Assembly (NCBI GenBank): GCA_002269645.1
Contig: NIVC01002488.1
Coordinates: 1-64,000, forward strand
Direction of reading: 5' to 3'
From: Macrostomum lignano
Taxonomy: Eukaryota
DNA length: 64,000 nucleotides
This document shows positions 57,308-64,000 of this stretch, piece after piece. The translations under genes and the position numbers were made by a program. Below the pieces are notes generated by a model, which was given only the letters and a program-made list of their open reading frames with translations, had not been told where the DNA came from and searched no databases. The first letter of the stretch is position 1. Every line of letters starts with the position of its first letter.

Positions 57308-58076
57308 ATGCATAGCAATTATCCCCTTATTATGCTGCTCTGTGTAGCTCTTATTGTTGGACCAGCGACAGCTCGAGTCATGTTCTCCATTGCCAAAATG
57401 AGGAGCGTCTCAGCTCCGGTTGCCATGGAGACTCTGACTGGCACCGGCAGACTGAAATGCGCCGAGCTGTGCAGTCTGAGATCTGACTGCTATGGCTTTA
57501 GCTGGCTGATGCAGGGTCTGTGCAGATTTTTCAACTTCAATGCTTTCTACAATGACGCCTGGGTGAGCTTGGATGCCTGCGATGTTTACAACGTCAGGAA
57601 GGGTGAGTTTGATGCACGTTATAAATATATATGTAGATTTTTTCAGCACCTTAATCTTGAAGTTATGCTACTTAATTTGTATTCTAGACGCAGTGAAGCT
57701 GAGCTTCATCAGCTGCAACCAGAGCTCGGTCCAGATGAGTGGAGTTTGCGAGAGAGCATTCGATGGTGATACGAACCAGGATTACTCTCATAGATCCTGC
57801 ACCCACACTATTGGCGGTGAGGTAGGCTGGTGGGAGGCCCACCTGTCCCGACCTGCCCTCGTCTCGCACGTCACCATCTACAACCGGGCGGGCTACAGCT
57901 ACCGAATGAGAAAACTTTCCCTGCAGGTGGACGGCTCTGAGTGCTACCGAGTGAACAGGACGACGGACTTCTCTGTGGCCACCTTCCAGTGCAACGCCTT
58001 CGGCAGTAAATTTGGAATAGTCGGCTTGCAGGAAAATTCAATCAACATCTGCGAAGTGGAGATCTTTGGATTTTGA
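57308..58076 (+). CDS. Secreted PAN/apple + F-type (fucolectin, F5/8C) lectin, 227 aa; exons 57308-57602, 57688-58076
   Basis: Hydrophobic signal peptide; PAN pattern CAELCSLRSDCYGFSW...C; phase-1 intron G|gtgagt...ttctag|AC; F-type motifs AFDGD, SCTHT, WWEAHL, VTIYNR and ICEVEIFG; AATAAA at ~58096. Confidence 0.88.
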
Positions 58077-59489
58077 GTGGTTTTTAATGCAAAAAAATAA
58101 ATATCGGTTTAAACAATATTTACGCAAACGTTGACCAAATGACGTACGTAAGCAGAACCTGAATGTATGCTAAAAATTGGGCCGGTTTATTTCTAGTCCG
58201 CATACGGGCGTATGTGTAACGAGTCCGGTATATTTAATATTACTAGCGAAGAGAGAGTATTAGCAACGTATATCAATGGTTCAGCAGATACGTCTGTCAG
58301 TCCTGGACGATTTACTATACTCGGAGCATAAGAAATCTTACTGTCTTAGTATGAATGCGTACACTGGTGATCGGCTCTGATTATAATTATTGTATCTCAC
58401 GTACATGCTAGGTTGATCTACGTCCCAGGCTGCCACACGCTTACAGAAAAAGACTAGAACTTACATGTTAAAATTATGAGTCGCATTTCTTGGAAACGGA
58501 AACCAAATTAACAAAATACGTAATATTAAACCCTAGAATAAATTACGCACGTAATCTAAACAGCTAAGGATTTGAATAAAGTTAAAATACACCATGTTAA
58601 TAAACTAGATTTGAATTACAGAATTTCCAAACCGTTACATATGGTCGAAGTTTCTTTAAAGTATAAAATATCCTGCTATAGAAAACTCTTTCTCTAATCC
58701 TACTTTTTGTGTTAATTTTATTTATATTAAAAATTTATTTTATCACCTATATTTGTTGCAATTTATGTATCAAAACCTGATAATTCGAAAAATTATAATT
58801 TTTTTCTCCTAAATATTGAACTCCTTAAATTACGCTCGTAAATTCGCTTTTTTTGTCGTTGCTTTATTGTCGTGAATCACAGTTACCATTCAATTTTTTT
58901 ATTTTGTTTTATTGCCTTACTTAGTAGTCCTATATAGCTACTTTTACAAAAAGCTTATCGTGTAGTGTTTGACTGCAATTTTTAGCTTAGTTTCTTAGAA
59001 TGGTGGCGAGTTTTGATGGTTAAAATGTTTAACTTTTGTTCGTAGATAATAAATCTTTTTCTTTAGAAAGATTCTTCACTTTGAATTTTAAAATCTTAAT
59101 AACTTTCCTAGCGAGTTCACGGGGCACCTTAACTATGAAGAGGAACCGGCATCAGAATAAGCCCATGCACTTACGTGTTTTATAAGAATAATCATTGTTT
59201 GCTCCAAAATTTGAAATGCAATTGCTAAGTAGCTAGTAAAATAATCTTAAAAAGAAGTCAAGAAATTGTTATCTAATTGTGTTTTAATACGATAACCGGT
59301 ATATGCACTGAATAATCACGCAGTTTCGTAAGTACTTGGCTTAAGAGAGCTGGCACGAACTTGCATAACTATCAGAAGCTAGCGCGCAATTTCATGAAGG
59401 CTTAGAAAACATACGAGTAAACGAGAAATGACGAAAACACAGCGATTAAAGTACATGCATCCATAAAATGTGTGGTTTCCTGATTCGAA

Positions 59490-59680
59490 TTGGCCTAATA
59501 GTGAATTCGGCGAGTCGGGAATTCGGCGAATCAGGAAATCGGCGAATCAGGAAATCGGCAAGTCGGGATTCGGCAAATGAGGAATTTCGGCAAATCGGGA
59601 ATAGGCGACTCGGGAATTTCGGCGAACCAGGAATCGGCGAGCTGGGAATCGGCAAATCGGGATTCGGCGAATCGAGGGTA
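59490..59680. repeat. Cluster of short degenerate (aattcggcgaatcggg)-like repeats, probably a MITE remnant
   Basis: Read directly. Imperfect terminal inversion ggtttcctgattcg / cgaatcgagggtaaacc; no TSD seen. Confidence 0.55.
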
Positions 59681-60950
59681 AACCCTCGCTTACTTATCGA
59701 TTGAGTCAAGAGCTGTCGACACAACTTAGCAAGCCATTTGGTCTCGTTTCTTATAACATAACAAAATGTATTCTAGTTAGCACAGCAAAGTGAATTGAAA
59801 CCGTAGGGATGCTCCAGGTTCAGGAACTCCAACCAATGGTTGAATCTGTAATATATTTTACCAGTAATTTAATCACATACATGTAATTGATATGCTTCTC
59901 GTAACACAGACAATCATTTAGTATCCACCTAACTGCACAGATATTTTTAAGGCTACTTGTTTGGGAATTCAATTTCGAACTGTGTGACTTTGTCAGCTCG
60001 GCTGGTTGAAACCCTACCCCCATGCCATGGTGAGCGCCAATGTGAGGCGTTCCTATGAGACGGCGCGCTTTGGAAGACGCCAGCGTTTCCTGGTTAAGAC
60101 GCACACTAGCTAGTCAGTTACCTGCAATTTGTTGAAGCCAAATGCATGTAGATCCGTTCCACCATCAATAGACTTCTGTTAGGAGCAACAGATGCTCCCC
60201 AGTCCTGCAACAACAAAAATTTTTTGATGAAAGATTTTTCCAAATTTCCGTTCATTTTGTTTGGCCTCCATCTTCCTGAAGTCTAAAGGATCCAACAACC
60301 TATTGTCTTAAGCATCGATCTTGCTTAAACAAAGCCAAAAATAGAAGACTGCGCCTCAGATAGACTCCGGATGTCTGCTCTGGGGTTGGTCGCTTATTTC
60401 CTTGCAGGCAAGCTTCTCTTTAACAAATTGTCGCCTACTCCTGTTGGCTCTACAACGTGGCTAGTTTACTCGTGCCTGTTTTTTTACCCGACACATCTGT
60501 CTGGTCTTTCCGCGAGTTTTCTTTAACTTAGGTATTTTGCATAGCAATCTTTACCTGTCTCTGTCCAACCCTTTCGCCTTAGCTTCTTAGAAAGTAACTT
60601 TCATGTCTGAATTCACCTGTGGATGAGGATTGACGAAAGTCAGATTTTTTTTGGGTGCATCATTCCCAGTCTTTGTCAGACATTTTATTTGCTCAATGTG
60701 CACAGATTGATAGGAAGGTCAGGGAAATCTGCGCTTAAGTTCTTCATGCGCCTGTGTATATAGGAATCAGCGAGCCTGGGTGTGCTCAAGAGGCTGATTG
60801 AATTCGCATGACTAGCTGCTTCCACGATGACTGGGATTCGAAGCTGCTCTCACCACACCTAGTGACTCCTAAAGCTACAACTATAGCAAATTAAATTAGT
60901 GAAATTTGAGGAATTTCATATCGTTTACCAAAACATGCGACAATTTTCAG

Positions 60951-62191
60951 ACAAATCAAAACCGCCTGTTCGATCTTTCGCAGAGAAGCTTTCCGGCTAG
61001 CTTCAGAAGGACATCTTTCAGCTGCAAAGTTGTGCCTTAAACACCTTTGCAGAGACAGTGGTTCTTGCCAGTTTAATAAATTGGCGCAAGCGGCAGCTAG
61101 CAATGGTCACCTGGACGCTGCTAAATATTTTGTCTCACAGATCAGTGGCCGATCGCTCAAAGATGGATGCCTCGACGATATCGCAACCGCAGGATCTTGT
61201 AGAGGTCGCCAGAATGACGTTAAATTCTTCGCCTCCCAGATTAGCGACCAATCACTGAAAGAAAAATGCTACTCAAAATATGCTCAAGAAGCAACTACCA
61301 AAGGTCACCTTGATGTCGTTGAATATTTTGCCTCACGAATCAGTAAGCCATCGGTCAGAGCTCAATGCCTCTCAAAATCTGCAAAAGCAGCACCAAGGAA
61401 CAATCACTTGGATGTCGCTAGATACTTTGTCACACAGATTAGTGACGAATCGCTCAAAGATGAATGCCTCTTGAATTGTGCAACGGTAGCAGCTTGAAAA
61501 AGTCACCTGGATGATTTCGAATTCTTCGCCTCTCACATCAGCGACCAATCGCTCAAAAATGAAAGCTTCATCGAATGTGCAGAAGAAGCGGCTATGGAGT
61601 GTCACCAGGATGATGCTAAATATTTCATTTCAAAGATCAGTGACCACTCGCTTAAAGAGCAATATCTATCCGCTTGTGCAAAAGCAGCCGCTGCTGTAGG
61701 TCACTTGGATATGGCAAAACGTTTCGCCCTACAGCTCAGCGGTCAGTCGATTAAAGATCGATGTCTCACAGCTTTTGCAATGGAATCAGCTTGGAGAGAT
61801 CCCGTTGATGATGCTAAATACTTTGCTTCAGAGATTAATGACCAATCGCTTAAAGAAAAATGTCACCTATGTTGTGCAAGTAGCAAGAAGAGATATGCTA
61901 GGTGTCTCTGGATATTTCTTCTCTCAGATCGGTGACCAATCGCACAAAGGTCAATTAGACATGGCTAAATATTTCGATTCGCAGATCAGTGACCAATCGA
62001 TAAAGGTCCTATGCTCATCAGAATGTGCCAAAGAAGCAGTTTGGAAAGATCACTTGAATGTCTCTAAATATTTTGTCTCACAGATCAGTGACCGATCGCT
62101 TAAAGACGGATGCCTCGCAGATTGTGCAAAAGCAGCTTCATTGAGAGATCATTTGGATGCTGTGAAATATTTCGCCTCCCAAATCTTGTGA
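60951..62191 (+). pseudogene. Disrupted 33-aa (99-bp) ankyrin-like repeat exon, about 12 repeats
   Basis: AAxxGHLDxxKYFxSQISDQSLKxxCLxxCA units at 99-bp spacing (61006, 61105 ... 61798, then 61949, 62048, 62147). In-frame TGA at 61495-61497, a frameshift/deletion near 61870-61945, and acceptor ttttcag| at 60950. Confidence 0.75.
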
Positions 62192-64000
62192 CCAACGCGC
62201 AAACCAATAATAAAGCTTCTTCTAAATGTCAGTGGCGGATCGTGGATGGATCTCCTTGCAAATTTTGATTAGCGGAGACAATTTTTGGTGTCTTTTACGA
62301 GCCTAGGTGTACTGACCTCCAGATGGGTGCCCCTGTTCTTAGGTGGGCCCTCCTGTCTCTCTTAAAAGTCTATATTGTATTTTCGTTGTGTCAATGGCTT
62401 AGTTCCTTTTTTAAACGTGTTTGTGCTAGGAGTATACATTACTTACTTTCAATTGGATTGACAAGGAACAACGAAGCTTGGGCGCAAGAAGGAGCGAAGC
62501 CATTTGAGCTTGACATTGAACATTTGATATTTTAACTTGTAACTTTTTACTCGTGAGACTTTATTACACTGGAAATTATTCTATCGTCTTTTGTATTTTC
62601 CTGATATTTATATCTTAGTTATTTGTTCTGTGTTTTTGTTCAGTGTCAAGCGAGTTTCTCTTTTGTCAGTCTAAAAGAACTTCAGGCTCCTTTCTCCGCT
62701 ATCTAAACTTTTTGAAGTATATTATTCAACACTCATTAGGTTTCAATATTTAAATTCCACTGCATAGCTAAAGTCCGCGTTGTAATTAATGTGTAACAGG
62801 TCGTTTACCGGTAGTCGCTGAAGGCCTCTCACGCCAACTACCTTACACGCCTGCTTAACCCCTCTGCCACGACTGACAGAAGCTTCAAAGAACTGAGACA
62901 AGTCCTTTTCTTAGGCTTGAGCTCAAACTTTACTCAACTCGGCAGTGGAGAGCCTCGGCTCTTCCAAATGCATTGTATTTATAACCCTCGGCATTGTGCT
63001 CGGGGCAGTGTTGGGGTGGTGGCGTGATATTTTTCCGCCCCACCCATCTTATTTGCTTTTTTGCATGGTTACATGTAGCTAGTTAGATGAATTAACACAG
63101 AGAGAGCACGCAGGGTCTGCGTGGCCGTTTAAGAGCAGGCAAATGGGTGGGTCTAACATTAAGTATCTGTGAAAAGTTTGTAACAGCATATTAGCATTGT
63201 AAAAGCTGATATAATGTCTAGCGTCTTAGTTTTTTCATTTAAGCTCCAGGCCAATTTACCATGGTAGCAGTTAAATTCTCACTTTTCTCTGAACTACAAT
63301 ACGCTCGAAAAGCTCTGAAGTCAGGCCCTTCTCTGTGACTACAGTGTATTTATAAAATCAAACGTGCTTACAATCAGCGTCATTAGTTGCATCAAAAATA
63401 GGAAAAGATATCCCACTAAACATCACACGTAGCATTACTCTTCCAATCTAATCCAGGCGTTTACATACAGCCAAAAGAGTAAAAATAAAATTCACTTTCT
63501 TACCAGTAAACTTTCATTGACTCGCTTAAATAATCAAGTAAAATAGTCATCAGTTAAACAGTTGCTCATGCTGCGCTTATGTCCAGCTATAGGTTTTCAA
63601 TCATGCGATGTCGTTTCGTCATGGCCCAATGCCATACAAATTATCTAAGCTGAGCTTATCAAATTGGTTAGCACTGGTGAATTTCAGTCAGGTAACAGAA
63701 AAACTTTACCTCGACAATGAATATCCACGAATATTTATCAGTACCATGCGATCAGTACATGTATCTTTGGGTCAAAATACTTTGGGTCAGATACTATAAA
63801 CCACAGGTTATTTATCTGTTCTCCAAGGTTATAGCAGCCGTATCGCCTTCGAGCCTCGAACATCGATATCAGCAGCAAGCTATTGAGACTGCTCATGCTT
63901 CAAGAATTGGATTGTATCGCTCTTTAAGTAGTAAACTAACTAAACAAGACTTTTCGACAATTCGAGTTTCGAGCTTATAAAAATAATATATATTAATTGG

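Overview
This is eukaryotic DNA from an invertebrate animal: it has spliceosomal GT-AG introns and is very rich in minisatellites. The style is compatible with a flatworm such as Macrostomum, but species cannot be proven from the sequence. Genes reconstructed by hand with phase-consistent splice junctions are: a dynamin/mitofusin-like GTPase with degenerate G2/G3 motifs (minus strand, runs off the left edge); an intronless achaete-scute bHLH gene; CFAP300/C11orf70 (6 exons); a tetraspanin-topology protein lacking CCG; a head-to-head pair of paralogous multi-pass membrane genes (DUF7802-like); a 2127-aa ankyrin-repeat protein with a C-terminal pseudokinase carrying MLKL-like HGS/GFD motifs; a secreted PAN + F-type lectin; and a disrupted 33-aa ankyrin-like repeat gene. 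Positions 18.2-41.5 kb are a gene-poor repeat block. It holds two head-to-tail Helitron-like elements joined at an exact CTAG|TC junction. Each carries a tRNA-like Pol III cassette followed by a different minisatellite. Nested inside them are a third Helitron-like element, hAT MITEs and a young RT-RNaseH LINE. The window also has tRNA-derived SINEs, an internally deleted Crypton-type tyrosine-recombinase ORF and a tandem element with lox-like palindromic junctions. Most long ORFs in the supplied track between 8 and 39 kb are artefacts of tandem repeats. There is no CRISPR array, rRNA or intact tRNA gene.
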